Of a DNA stretch of 64,000 nucleotides, positions 1 to 15,619 are shown one piece after another. The DNA is taken from contig NC_042997.1 of assembly GCF_006345805.1 (NCBI RefSeq), positions 79,174,001-79,238,000 on the forward strand, in the 5' to 3' direction. The translations under genes and the position numbers were made by a program. Within the stretch, counting starts at the first letter, position 1. The number at the start of each line of letters is the position of its first letter. Source of the DNA: Octopus sinensis (lineage: Eukaryota). The notes beneath the pieces were generated by a model that saw only the letters and a program-made list of their open reading frames with translations, ran no database searches and was not told the DNA's origin.

Positions 1-250
1 GGCTTCCGTGCCGGTGGCACATAAAATACAACCGTTGCCAGCCCCGCCTGGCACCTTGAAGGTGGCACGTAAAAAAGCACCCACTACACTCACGAGTGGT
101 TGGCGTTAGGAAGGGCATCCAGCTGTAGAAACATTGCCAAATTAGACTGGAGCCTGGTGCAGCCTTCTGGCTTCCCAGAACCCCGGTCGAACCGTCCAAC
201 CCATGCTAGCATGGAGAACCGGACGTTAAACGACGATGATGTGATGATGA
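1..250 (+). mobile_element. 3' UTR/tail of RTE LINE family (truncated by window start)
   Basis: Near-identical to 27780-27994 (gcacccactacactc...aacccatgctagcatgg...ggacgttaaa-(GAT)n). Confidence 0.9.
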
Positions 251-385
251 TAGATATATTATATATGTATATAATTGTATATATAATATGTTATATATAT
301 ATATGTAATATATATATATGTATATATATATATTGTATATAATATATATGTATAATATATATAATAAATATATAATATATATATG

Positions 386-417
<32 letters not shown>

Positions 418-731
418 ATATATAATATATATATATATATGTATATATATAATATATGATATATTAATATGTATATTCTATATATATGTATATATGTATA
501 TATATATGTATTATGTATATTATTATGTATTATATATCTATATATGTATATATATATATTGTATGTAATTATATATAGTGTATGTATATATATATATATG
601 TATGTATATATATATATATGTATATATAATATATATATATTTATGTATATATATATATATATGTATGTATTATCTATATATGTATGTATATATTATATAT
701 GTATAGATATATATATATATATATATATGTA
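251..731. repeat. Imperfect (TA)n microsatellite with TG interruptions
   Basis: Visible directly; the Y/I-rich ORFs here are artefacts. Confidence 0.95.
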
Positions 732-3308
732 TACTCTTTTACTCTTTTACTCTTTTACTTGTTTCAGCCATCCGGCTGAGGCCATGCTGGGGCAACGCCC
801 TTGTTGCTACCCCTCTCAAGTCCAGTTTTGCCGTGGCTGGCCACTGATCTAAGAGAGAGTTTGTAGCTGCTGCCCTTAGGTTACCTTCGTACCTTGCAGT
901 GGGTTCATCTGGGATCCCGGAAAGCAGCTTGTCTAGATGTTTTTTGAAATGTCCACATCCGCATCATGTAGATCTCTTAGTTTTCTTGGCAGTTTGTTGA
1001 ACAGCTGAGGGCCCCTGAACCCCAGGCTATTACAGTATCTGCTCCTTACCCTGGATGTGGAAGACGGGACCTTTGGCACCACACATGACGTCCTGTACGG
1101 GGATTGGAACAGCTCTCAATTCCAAATTTGGTGCTAGTCCCCTCCAGGATTTTCCATATGTATATCACTGCATATCTCTCTCGTCTTCGTTCCAAGGAGT
1201 ACAAAATTGAGTTCCCTAAGCCTCTCCCAATAGTTCTTTTCTTTCGTGGTGGAAATCCTCTTGTGAAATGTCTTTGGATTGTCTCAAGCTCTGTGGTTAG
1301 TTTGACACTATGCGGTGACCACAGTTGGGACAGTAGTCCAGGCGGCTTAGGACAAATGTCCTCCATAGTGTCAACATGGTCCTCCAGTCTCTTGTCCGGA
1401 ATGTCCTCAGGATCCAGCCTGAGTCGTCGCACATTGTCGCCACCTTCGCGATGTGTGAAGAAAAAGATGCATCGTCACTCATGTCTATCCCCAGGTCCCC
1501 GTATTGATTTCGATACTGGATTTCGATCCCTCTTGACCAGTATAGTTGTGTGTATGTATATGTGTTTACAGCTTGATATTGTAAGGCTTGAAATTTACCA
1601 GCATTAAATTGCATGTTGTTGTCTTCAGCCCTTTGTATATGGCATCCGATCTTGTTGTAAAGGTCAGCATCAGCTGGGTTTTTTTTTTGATGCCTGTGCT
1701 ACCTTTGTGTCATCAGCATAGCTAGTGAGGATGTTGTTTGTGCTACCAAGGGCATGTCAGAGAGCGCCACCAAAACAGCAAGGGTCCCAAGACTGTGCCC
1801 TGTGGCACCCCTTGCTATTGGTGTCTTTCCCGAGAGGGCTCCATTGGCTGCAACCATCTGGCTTCTGTCCTTCGGAGTCATGTATCCACTCACCTACTTT
1901 TCCTGTTATGCCGAGTCTGAGTAATTTGTGACATATCACTCCGCTGTGTCGACTTTGTCAAAGGCCTTCGCAAAGTCGAGATATACCACATCCACCTGTG
2001 AGCGATCCAGTAGTTGTTTCAGTACCCAGTCGTAGTGTTGTAACAGCTGCGTAAGGCAGCTTCTTCCTGGGCGAAAGCCATGCTGTGTGTCAGTGAGACG
2101 GTTAGTTTCTTCGAGGAACGTGATCAGTTTTTTTCTGATGATTCGTTCCATGACCTTACTTATGTGTGACGTCAGGGAGACTGGCCTGTAGTTTTTGGCC
2201 TCTGCTCTACTCCCTCCTTTGTGGATAGGGCATATGGTGCCTTCTTTTAGCGCCCTGGGCAGTTTACCGTTAGCCAAAGAACCACTGAGACTTCTTCAGT
2301 GGTCCCGCTAGGGCATGCCTGCATGTTTTTAGGAGGACTGCTGGGAATCCATCTGGTCCAGCAGCTGAGTTTATCTCATTTCTTCTATGGCAGATATTAC
2401 ATCCTCTCTGTTATGTCTAGTGGTCGATGGTTTGTGTTTGGTTTTGGAGTGTTGTGGCATCAAAGAAAACTTCTGGGTTTGTGATTTGCATGTGCCCCAG
2501 AGGGGATGTGAACACACTTTTATACTGTTCCTTTAGTATTTCACTTATCCCTTGGGGGTCCTCAGTTAGAGAGCCCTTTTTATCAAAGAGTGGGCCAATC
2601 TTGCAGTGTACCGAGGTGGTTTCTTTCGCAATTTAAAGAAGGCTTTAGGGTTGTTTTAATATTCTCTATGGCCCTGGCTTCTCTCTCTGCCCTCTCCTTC
2701 TCATAGGAAAGTTTGAGTGCAGTTTCCGTTTCAAAAAGTTTCAGGTGGAGTCCCTCATTGTTTCTCTGCCGTGCATTCAGTTGCTTCGAGAGCTTAGCTC
2801 TTCGCCTCATAAGTATTTTCCTGTCTCTGGAATAACGTTCCTATGCCCGCTGGCTTTTTTCTCCGGACAAACTTATGGCATATGTTCTGTATTGTTGTCA
2901 TGAAATGTTGGAAATGTGTGTTGGTGTCTTTGTGGTGATGAAGTCACTCCAGTCATGTTTTCGGATCTCTTCGTTGATCTTCTTCCAGTTTGCCTTATGG
3001 AAGTTTAGACTGGATAGGCCTGTGGTATTTTCTAATGGCTGCGTCTCAACTAACTCTCTCATACCATATCATACCTCTACTAAGTTGTGATCTGAGAGAA
3101 TTGTTGGTGTTACCATTATGTTGTGGATGAGCATCGGGTTGCTTGTGAAACAGAGGTCCAAGACATTCTCACCTCTTGTTGGCCAAAGCACTGCTTGCTC
3201 CATGAAAAACTTGCGTGTGAGAGCCAACAAGGACTCTGTCTGTCTCTGTTCAAGTGATGTCATTCCAGGGAGGAGATGGCCATCTGGCCATTTGACTTTC
3301 GGAAGGTT
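732..3308 (-). mobile_element. CR1-like LINE, 5'-truncated and frameshifted (end of APE endonuclease + RT + 3' tail)
   Basis: [13 protein letters not shown]...SDHNLV (APE); NYRPVSLTS...QHGFRPGRSC...YLDFAKAFDKVD (RT); SRLDYC...LYSLERRR; 3' tail (TAAAAGAG)n. Confidence 0.9.
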
Positions 3309-5010
<1,702 letters not shown>

Positions 5011-5436
5011 ATCATTATTATTAGGAATTGTTCATTAACCTGTTGATATACAAAAAAATAACTACTTACGATGGGATCTTATACATGAAGTGGAATGAAA
5101 ATCATTAATAATATTGATTTGAGTGTGAGCTCAGGTTTTGACCTTAATAGCTTATTCAACTAGGATACATGCATACATACAGACTTACTATATGTATGTA
5201 TGCAGGCAAGAATGATTCTATGTATATATGTATTCATGTATGTATGCATACATCATACACACACGCGTGCACACACACATACACGTGCACACATATAGTA
5301 AGTCTCAACATTCTTTCATTATGATCGTCTCAAAAATACATAATTCAAATCCATCATAAATATAAATGATTATGTAATATTACTTCACATTATTTTGATC
5401 TATGGTCACCTCATCAGATAATCAAAGGTCAAAAAG

Positions 5437-5489
<53 letters not shown>

Positions 5490-5879
5490 GGAATAGGCTA
5501 CAAATATTGTAAATGTTGCTTTTAAAAACAAGAATTTGTAAAGAATCTGCTTCTTGTTACTCTAACAATGACACAGAACAAAACACTACTTTAAATAGTC
5601 TATAATTTTCTACACTTGTTCATCATGAGATTTTTTAATTCCCCATTTATATATTTTCTTATGTGATTTTTTGAGTATTTTTATGTGAGTGGGTTTGGAT
5701 GTAATGATTACTTATTTGTTGTTTGTTCATATTTTCATTTGCTTATGCTTCCATGCATAGATTACATCATCAGTATGTAAGCATACATGAAATTATTACT
5801 GAATATAGGATAATTATAACTGTTCATAATATAGGCAAAAGGTATGAAATGAAACTTGAGGGAGGAGGTTAGTCAATAA

Positions 5880-6092
5880 TATTGGTTTCAAATTTTGGCA
5901 CAAGACCAGCAATTTCCGGGGAGCGGGCAAATCTGTTACACTAACCCCAACAGGTACCTGTTTATTGACCTTCTGAAGGATGAAAGGCAAAGTCAACCTT
6001 GGCAGAATTTGAACTCAGAACACCAAGACAGACGAAATGCAGCTAAGCATTTTGCCCAGCATGCTAACATTTCTGCCAGCTCATCGCTTTAA
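5880..6092 (-). mobile_element. tRNA-derived SINE of an abundant family (other degraded copies near 6190, 6990, 8140, 9450, 19000, 39820, 62130)
   Basis: A-box-like GAGCTGGCAGAA and B-box-like GAGTTCAAATTC on the minus strand, plus central motif CTTTGCCTTTCATCC shared across copies. Superfamily (Meta/Deu type) not resolved. Confidence 0.7.
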
Positions 6093-9000
6093 TATCAGCC
6101 CCAGTTCTTGACTGGTATTTATTTTATCAACACCAGAGGGATGAAACACTGCTGCCTCAGTAATAATAATAACTGCTTCTAATTTAGAAACAAGGCCAGC
6201 AATTTTGAGGAGTGGGTTTAGTCAATTACATTGACCTCACAACTTGATTGGAACTTTATTTTATTGATCCTCAGGTGAATGGCAAAATTGACTTTGGCAG
6301 GATTTGAGCTCAAAATGTAAAGAGAAAAGACTGATCTAACACAAGGTCCAGACTCTGTTGTGGTGTGATAGTTTGTATGCCAAAAGGACCCTGAGAGCTG
6401 TGCCAGAAGAGTATAAGCTTCAGGTGTGGGCCTCCCATACTGGACAGATCAATAGATAGGTTAATATGGACTGTTTAGAGGTAAAAATGGGTTTGTGTAG
6501 GGCTGACAGTCCAACCTAGAAAAAAAAACAGTAACAGAAACATCAATAACAATTCAAAACCAACAAAACTGGGGAGAGGAAAGCCTTCCTTCAGGGAAAA
6601 GACCACCTAGAGTCCAGAACAGTGGAAAAAAGTTGTCAATGGCCTATACCCCAAAGTGAACAAAGGGCTTAAGTAAGTAATTCTGGTCCAATAGTAATGT
6701 TGCAACAAGTTGCAGTGACAGTGGTTTGAAATACCCTAGAATATTACTAGTATCTATTTTACTGAACTTTCAGAAAGATAAAATAATCAAAAACAAGCTT
6801 CATGTAAACAATACTAAATCTAGTCTGTTGGTCTGTTGTCTCAATCATCTCCAGTTACAATAAAATTGATTTCTTTGATGAATTGTCGTAGATTATTGAA
6901 TTTACCTCATTATATAACTGGTGCATATTTCATTGACATCAGATGGATAAAAATCAAAATTGACACTAATGTAATTTAAACTCAGTATATATTGGTTTCA
7001 AATTTTGGTACAAGGTCAGCAATTTCAGGGGAGGGTGTAAATCAGTTATATTGACCCCATGTTCAGCTGGTACTTATTTCATCAACCCTGACAGGATGAA
7101 AGGCAAAATTGACCTCAGCATGATAATGATTCTGCCAGCTCACCACCTTATAACTCAGTATATATTGAAAGAAACTAAGCACTATAGATTGCTCTAATGT
7201 TTGTCAATTTATAAGCCTCACAATGCTCACAAAGGTGATGATGATGAGGATGATGATAATTAGGGTGGGAGAGGTCAAGTAGAGTGTGTAGTTTATAAAG
7301 GATGGTTTGCAAGTAAGGACTTGTTGCCAAAACACTGACTTTGATGTAAGTATTTGCTGCCAAGAATAAAATATAAGGTAAAAATGACCAAATAACTGAC
7401 AGTCTAAGCTAAGAATAGAAAGAGTATATTTAGGAAAGAAACATAACTTATTTAGTTGACAATGAAAGATTGTTAGTCAGAAAAACAACTATTCCATTTG
7501 CTTTCTATTCTTTTTCTTTTAATTCTATTCTCCAATTTTACCTTTTCTGCCTGTTTCCCCTTCTCCTCCTCATCATTATGATCATTTCACCATAACAACA
7601 ATGTTTTCTTGCCTTGGCATAAAGCCAGTAACTGGTGAGGGGGTACTGCATGACTTGGAAACAGCATGGTTAAGAAGTTTGCTTCACAATCACAAGGTCT
7701 AAGGTTCAATCCTACAGCATGGCATTCTTGGGTAGGTGTCTTTCAGCATGGCCTTGAGTCAACTCAAACCTTGTGAGTGAAAGCAAATAGAAAGAAACTG
7801 TGTGGAAACTCATCAGATTATGCTGGTAATTTAAAGATGAAGTTTTGTCATACATTGTGCCATGAGAATTATGTTGAAGATACAGTTGTCTGTGTTCAAT
7901 CATTTACAGCCTAACTCAATAAATAAACAGCTCAGTTGATCATACAGTTAAATATTCATCATTGAAACCAATGAAGATCCATTACTACATGATCACTAGT
8001 TATATTATTGTCACTGGAAGGATAAAAGGCAAAGTCAATATAATTGAGGTTTGAACTGTAATTTAAATTTGCAAGGCATTTTTATCAGGCACTCTGTTGA
8101 TTTAGCCATCCTCTCCTTGATAATGGTTTGTGATTTAGCAGTTTTAAGGAGAAGGGTTAGTTGATACCTTCTACCCTAGCACTTGACTGGTACTTAATTT
8201 TATTGACCTGAAAGGATGAAAGGCAAAGTTGACCTCGGGAGGATTTGAACCTAAGATATAAAGTACTGGGAGAAATATTGCAAGGTATGTTGTCTAATGC
8301 ATTAACAATTCTATCAATCCACTGCTCTTCCATTTCTTTATAAGTATAAAGATATCTTTTGTTGGCCAAATGGTAATAAGATGTTGGGGACAGTACAAAT
8401 GTGAACTATAGAAGAAAACAACAAACAAGGAACAGTGAGGTGAGGTGCTATGAATAACAGGGCGAGATTAACAATAAAAATTAATGATACAATAAATAGA
8501 TAATAATAACAATAATGATACAAGAAATATGGTACAGAACAACAATATTGGTACATGAGAGAATTTATACAATGTGCTGAGAGGGGTAGCCATTTAATAG
8601 TTTCCTTAACAGATCAAAGGCAAATATTAACTACTTTCTGATACCAAGCTACAGTTACTACATCCACTCTCAATTATTTTTCATAAAATTTACTGAGAAG
8701 AAGCATCTCTCACCTTACCATTGCCTTCCTCATCAACTGGTACTTAAAGAAGCTGGTGAGAGCTTGGCATGAAAGGAAAAATCCTGTCTTCAAAGCTTTT
8801 AACTGCATCCAGTTAAATTCCTGTGCCTAAGCTACTGAGTACAAGAAGAATATTCACCCATCATTGCCAAAAGAAGGTGTAAATTGATTTCTATGACAAA
8901 AACTTGGCTGAAAGCCAAATCTATTCCACATATAAACTCATGAACACAGAAGGAGTGCATTGTAAGACTGTTTTATGACCTTCAGCTCATCTCAAACAGG

Positions 9001-9169
9001 TTCTAATGCTGGAACTTTTGTACCTGTAGAACTGTTTTGAACACATACTGCCTTACTCCTACTCTATTGTGTAGCATCACCAGGTCAAAGATTTTTGGAA
9101 ATTGTTCCTTAATTCTCAAACATAAAATTTTCTAGACAAGATTACACAAACTTTCTTTGTCAACATCTA

Positions 9170-9310
9170 TTAGGTTGTCCCAAAAGTTCGTAAACACTTG
9201 CGAAAATTGAATTTTTCCTTGCCAAGTACTAACAAAAACAACAAAAATTATTCCTCAAAATAAAGACCATTATTTTCCAAGACTTTCTACGAACTTTTAG
9301 GACAACCTTA
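9170..9310. mobile_element. Mariner-derived MITE (141 bp)
   Basis: 23-bp TIRs TTAGGTTGTCCCAAAAGTTCGTA / TACGAACTTTTAGGACAACCTTA (2 mismatches), flanked by TA. Confidence 0.85.
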
Positions 9311-9713
9311 TAGAATTCCTCACATACTTATTGCCATACACATCACTAACCCTCTGTAGAATATAATGGCTGACATTCTACCAACTTCATTGTTAAATTA
9401 AATACTTTCTAACATAAGAACAAATTCTGGGATTATGTATAGTTGATTATATTAGTTCCAGTGTTTTGCTGATACCTTATTTTATCATCAGCAGAAGGAT
9501 AAAAGATAAAGTTAAATTTTCTGAGGTTTGAACTCAGAATCTAAAGGGATATAAATAAATACTGTAAAACATTTTGTCTGTTGCACTACCAGCCTGGTCA
9601 CCTTCCCAGCTGAGATTAAAACTTCTGCAGAATTAGTTGTGTAAGGGTCCTTACCTATTTGTTAAGGCTAACAAGGGGTCCTCTACATGATTTGCATCAT
9701 CTTATAGAAATAG

Positions 9714-12700
9714 AAATAACTATACTTTTAATAACTATATTTTTAATATAACAAAGCAAAATATTTCATAAAACATATATTAATGTCTAAATAATATGTT
9801 GAAAAATGTAATGAATTCAAAATTCTGCAATTTTCATTTTGATAATTGAAGAAAGCTGAAACAAAGAAAGATGTAGAATTGTTTGCAGTTCATAGTTTTT
9901 AATTGAAATAACCCCATGGTTAAATTTGTTTCTGATCCTTCTATGATTGATGAAATAAATATAACATAATGAAACAGGTAGGAACTGATTCAAAGCCAAC
10001 ATTGACCCCTACATAAATAAAAATGTCCTGCTTCTGAAAAAAGAAATACATGACTTACAAGTAAACTTTACAAACATAGGTGCAGGAGTGGCTGTGTGGT
10101 AAGTAGCTTGCTAACCAACCACAAGGTTCCGGGTTCAGTCCCACTGTGTGGCATCTTGGGCAAGTGTCTTCTGCTATAGCCCCGGGCCGACCAATGCCTT
10201 GTGAGTGGATTTGGTAGACGGAAACTGAAAGAAGCCTGTCGTATATATGTATATATATATATATATGTGTGTGTATGTGTGTGTGTTTGTGTGTCTGTGT
10301 TTGTCCCCCTAGCATTGCTTGACAACCGATGCTGGTGTGTTTACGTCCCCGTCACTTAGCGGTTCGGCAAAAGAGACCGATAGAATAAGTACTAGGCTTA
10401 CAAAGAATAAGTCCTGGGGTCGATTTGCTCGACTAAAGGTGGTGCTCCAGCATGGCCACAGTCAAATGACTGAAACAAGTAAAAGAGAGTATATACAAAT
10501 ATATTTTTAAGCTTGTCAAACACTTTTAATGTGTTTATCATTTCCAGACCCAGCCCTACCTAAAAATAGGACATACAAGACAACATAGTGCCTGATATAC
10601 AAAAAGATAGAAAAGTCATAAATAGAATATCTTTAATCATTGGCTTACCATATCAGGGCAAACCATGGCTAAATAACAACAGTACACTAATCATTCACTT
10701 AATACCTAGAAATGTGATTACTGTTTCTTTCAATGACTTACTGAAGACTTTTGCCTGTAGGTGTGTTGACAAGTGTTTATGCAAAATGTTTTTGTTGCAC
10801 TCTCCTTGACTTCATATCACATCACCAGTGACTCCTAGCTTACACAATTTCTCAGGAGTGGTTTATACAACATTACGGAATATAATAATACTTTTCAAAT
10901 GGACTATCATATAATCCTAATATCCTCTTGGCACACATTTTGGGAATAACTTAAAAATGAAGGTGATGAATTGGCAGAGTATTAGAACATTGGGTGACAT
11001 GCTTTGTAGTATTTATTCTGAATTTTAAAAAATTTCTGAGTACAATTCTAGCTGAGATTAATTTTGTCTTCCTCCTTTAATATCCATTTTCTGGCATGGG
11101 TCTGACGGTTTGACCAGAGTTGGCAAGCTGGAAAGCTGCACCAGATTCCAGTCTGATTCGGTTTAGCTTCTATGGCTAGATGTCCTTCCTAACACCAACT
11201 ACTTTACAAAGTGCGATGGGTGCTTGTTACTCAGCACTAGAACAGGTCCTTTTACATGGTGCAGCTGTTATGTAGCACTGGCATGGGTGGTAAATAAATA
11301 AAATAGCAGTCAGTGATATTAAGTGTAATCATTAGAGCATCAAAGATGATGCTTTGCAGTATTTGTTCCAGTTCTTTGCTTTCTGAGTTCTATTTTCAGT
11401 ATAACCTATTCGGATGGCAGATTTAATCAATTACTAAGGTTTAAACATCACCACCTAGCCCAAGGGTGCCTTTAGCAGAGACTATTCTGTTTCTAGCATT
11501 AGGGCCAGGTCTCCAGTTTAAGGATAATATCTTCCTTATTTATAATCAGTCTCAGAGGCCCTGGAAAGGGTCATGGATACTGCTTTTGTTCCTGACTAAA
11601 TAGTACATAAGATGGATCCAAGGAAACTAGTGAAGTTCTATTTTGACAAATACAACATGTTCAAACAGTAAAATAGATATTGTGAGGGAGAAGAGTAGTC
11701 TAATGTTTCAGGTAGATATTAGTATAGTCTGTTTAAATTGCAGGAATAATATACTAGGTGTAGTGCAAGTAATATAACAGAGGAAGGGACTAACAAGATG
11801 AACATATTGACTGCTGTTCCCCACCACTTCATTAATACTTGCTATCTCAGCTCCTTCTTCACTCTTATTTTTCAGTTAGAATAAGGAAGTTGACATCAAT
11901 TGTTAGAGTGGTTTACACCATAGCTATGAGAATGTGATGATGTTTCCTAACTACTACTGCTAGTGTAAAGGTATTTGAGTCATCATCACCATTATGGTGA
12001 TGGTATTGGACAATCAGTTCAAATGACTTGGATACAAACTGAATGTAGGTATTTTGACATGATGTAAAATAGCACTCACTTATTCGTATCTCAGTTCACC
12101 TGTCAGAAATATGTCTTAGATCATCTAGGAATATTATCTATGATAAATGGGTATTCTGTCAAGTAGAATATCTATTTCTTAACAAATTAATACCAACAAA
12201 CTAGAACATTTGTTATGAAATCCACTGAACACTTAGAAACATTTGTTCTTATAAGGAATTGCAATAAAACAGATGTTATACTTATCAAGACATCTAATGG
12301 TAAATAACTATACTTTTAATAACTATATTTTTAATATAACAAAGCAAAATATTTTATAAAACATATATTAATGTCTAAATAATATGTTGAAAAATGTAAT
12401 GAATTCAAAATTCTGCAATTTTCATTTTGATAATTGAAGAAAGCTGAAACAAAGAAAGATGTAGAATTGTTTGCAGTTCATAGTTTTTAATTGAAATAAC
12501 CCCATGGTTAAATTTGTTTCTGATCCTTCTATGATTGATGAAATAAATATAACATAACGAAACGGGTAGGAACTGATTCAAAGCCAACATTGACCCCTAC
12601 ATAAATAAAAATGTCCTGTTTCTGAAAAAAGAAATACATGACTTACAAGTAAACTTTACAAACATATACAAATATATTTTTAAGCTTGTCAAACACTTTT

Positions 12701-12739
12701 AATGTATTTATCATTTCCAGACCCAGCCCTACCTAAAAA
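9714..12739 (+). repeat. Recent 438-bp local duplication (9714-10566 with SINE; 12302-12739 without)
   Basis: Alignment by eye: 5 substitutions in 438 nt; 415-nt length difference equals SINE + ATA. Confidence 0.92.
10079..10490 (+). mobile_element. Full-length tRNA-derived SINE with CORE-like block, internal microsatellite and CR1-type 3' tail
   Basis: A box GTGGCTGTGTGG, B box GGTTCAGTCCC, CTTGGGCAAGTGTCTT, tail CCAGCATGGCC...GACTGAAACAAGTAAAAGAG; ATA duplicated at the junction relative to the empty paralogous site near 12666. Confidence 0.9.
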
Positions 12740-12899
12740 CCACTGATTCTGCACTTATCGAATTATCTAGCTACTGTGTAATGAAGGTCACCCACCCACT
12801 AAGGCACATCAAGCCAGTTAACTGGACAGAGCCATGCTAATTTTACCCTAATTCCCCTCTAATAGCAAATGTGCTTCACCACTGACCCATCTGAAATAG

Positions 12900-14279
12900 T
12901 CTCATAGGGTAAAAACAACTGTAGGCATGTTATTTCACATACTTCACACAACTGAAACCTATAAACTAAGTTCACATACAGACAATAATCAAAGTTACCT
13001 AGTGTTACTCACAAGCAACTGCACTGAGCTAGTCCAGGTGCAGAAACTATACCACTATTATAAACTCACCCATTACTACCAAACAAGAAGCTTTAACCCA
13101 ATGCTACAACTCCTGAATGACAATCATCTGAAAAGTGTAAAATACTTCTGTACATCTCACAAATTTGGAAAGCTTTTCTGCTTCTCAAATTGCAGCCAGT
13201 CCTTCTGGTACCTTTCCAAAGAATTATTGCCACCTTTGCAGAATCCTTCTCTCAGGGCATTTTAGAAGGGAGTTCAATTGGATAGTCCTGTACAGTCAAA
13301 GAAGGGCCAATGACTATCTGCCAAGCCAAACTTGAGAAAAAAGAAATCCCACAGCTCCACTAAATTTTGAGGACTGTTCTTCCGTTCTTCCAAGTGCCTT
13401 AAAGTAAACTTGTTCTGGTAGAACAAATTTCACTTGGAGATCCTGCTCCTACAAGCCTCTTTTCAATCAGAATGAGTCTATATGGAGCACCTCTGTAGAG
13501 GAAGCTTCTACATTTGTAGCCCACTTTGCCTCTAGCTTCACAGCACACACTCAACAAAAATCTACTGAATCTTTGCTTTTGAATTCCATCAACATACACA
13601 TATGTGCCAAGTACAAAAACACTTCTGGTCACTTAAAACCAACAAGGCTAACAGTATTGCCTTCAAATATTGCACCCCAGAGCTAGTTCTCATTCTTGTC
13701 AAATTCTTCAATATTTCTCTCCCTTATCTTGGGAAACATGTCACAGTGTAGGGTAGCATCAGCTGACCCTGCCATCTAACAACCTATCACTTTAACTTGC
13801 ACTATCTCACTGATAATAAATGAAAAAAAAATCATTAATTCCCCTCTTAGTGCATCTCCTATGTCATCTATGTTTCCTTACTCTTGAAAATTTCTGCCAT
13901 CTTTGTCCATATCTATGAGTACCAAACAACACTCATCAAAAGAGGATATGGAAGCTTCCTGTCAGATCAAAACGTTGCAAATTGTGTGATGATGGAGATA
14001 TGTCTGATCCACACTCTATGAAATCTTTGCATACCATAAGTTTCACTTATGTCACTTACACTCTTCTACTTATATATTAACAACCTACTTGCTCTAACAG
14101 TACTCAGGTTTGTATAAATGATAGCTCCTTTACTCTTCTTTAACCTTATGGCCACAGGCATTGTCCACACAACACTTGTCAAACTAGCACTCCATGAACT
14201 ATGATCCAAAAAACAATCTACAATGTGGACATGGCAATTTTGTCTTGTTCAACAGCACACACACACACACATACACACT

Positions 14280-14326
<47 letters not shown>

Positions 14327-14700
14327 ATCACTAACCCATCTTAAATAGTCTTGGACAACTAGTTACTAAAGCCCTCAAAATTACTACAAATGCTAGCCTT
14401 CGTAATCCCTGAAAATATCTCCTGGCAATTTCGTAAGCATATAAGAACAAAACTGAATCTCAAAAATTAAGCTCCCGACAGTTGCCGAATCTCTACAAAG
14501 CTCAAGTGAGGCCCACGATGAAATACTGCATCACATCTAGGATGGTAATGTTGTTACACACACACACAATGTTTTCTCATTGTACCTTTTCCACTTCTAC
14601 AAAAGCCTCTGCTTCTCGGAACTTGTGAGCGGTATATCGCTTCTACCCAATGAACCAGTACCCGTACCCTTCCCTGCTCTCTATGTCTGTCATTAACCAC
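12900..14700 (+). mobile_element. Highly degraded CR1/Jockey-group LINE RT remnant
   Basis: LKTNKANSIAFKYCTPELVLILVKFFNISL (about 13635) and PNLYKAQVRPTM (about 14485); many stops; boundaries approximate. Confidence 0.65.
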
Positions 14701-15619
14701 TAATTCCAATTCTTTCTCCTCAGAAATCTATTCTTATATTTTACTTTTTACATTCTATGTAAATGTTATTTCAAGATAGGCTATCTCAATTTTTCAGTCT
14801 TTGTAAAATATCTATTTTAACCACTGTCAAATCTTTTCTAAACAAACTACATTGGGTAAAAATGTGTAAGTAATTTACACATTATTAGCAGTCATCGTTA
14901 TTAGAGTAATACCTTAGTATAAGTAACCCCTTCAGAATGAAGGATTGCTCTTTCAACAATTCTAATAGTGTTTTTTCTTTTCGATTTTTTTTTTCTTCTT
15001 CACAAACATATAAATGACCAGAAGTAACAGATTCAACCTTGTTATGATCAACAAGTCAAGGTTAAAAAGCAAGCTAAAGAATAAAGCAAAAACTAAAGGA
15101 ATAAGTTCAAAACATTATTGCTGGCAACTTGAGTCTTTTACTTCAGAAGATATTACTCCAAAGTGCCAAAAGAGAATTTTAAATTGTTTTTTTTTTAATT
15201 ATTTTTACAATTAAAAGTGCCAAAATTGTGTACTGAAGGTGTTTATTTAACATAATACGATAAATAATTTGTTTTAAGCTTCTAAGAGATCTGAAACAAA
15301 TCTTCGTCAAATCAGTCAAAAATATAAATAACGAAGAACTTGTTCCTAATCATCTCACCACTAATTACAAGCGTATCGATTGAAGTTAAATGATGCAATG
15401 ATGAAATGCTAAACTGCACCAGCATCTTCGTCTGCCCACAACAAGTGAAAATCACACCATCGACCCAAACAAAATCCATGCATGTTTCAACTGGACAAGG
15501 AAAGAATTTTTTTAATGTTTTCAAACAGTAATTACTTTACATCGTAAAGAACATTTACAAATATTCCTGAAAAACATAACAGCAGAAAAAAAAATTACTG
15601 AATAATATTTAAAACTCCA

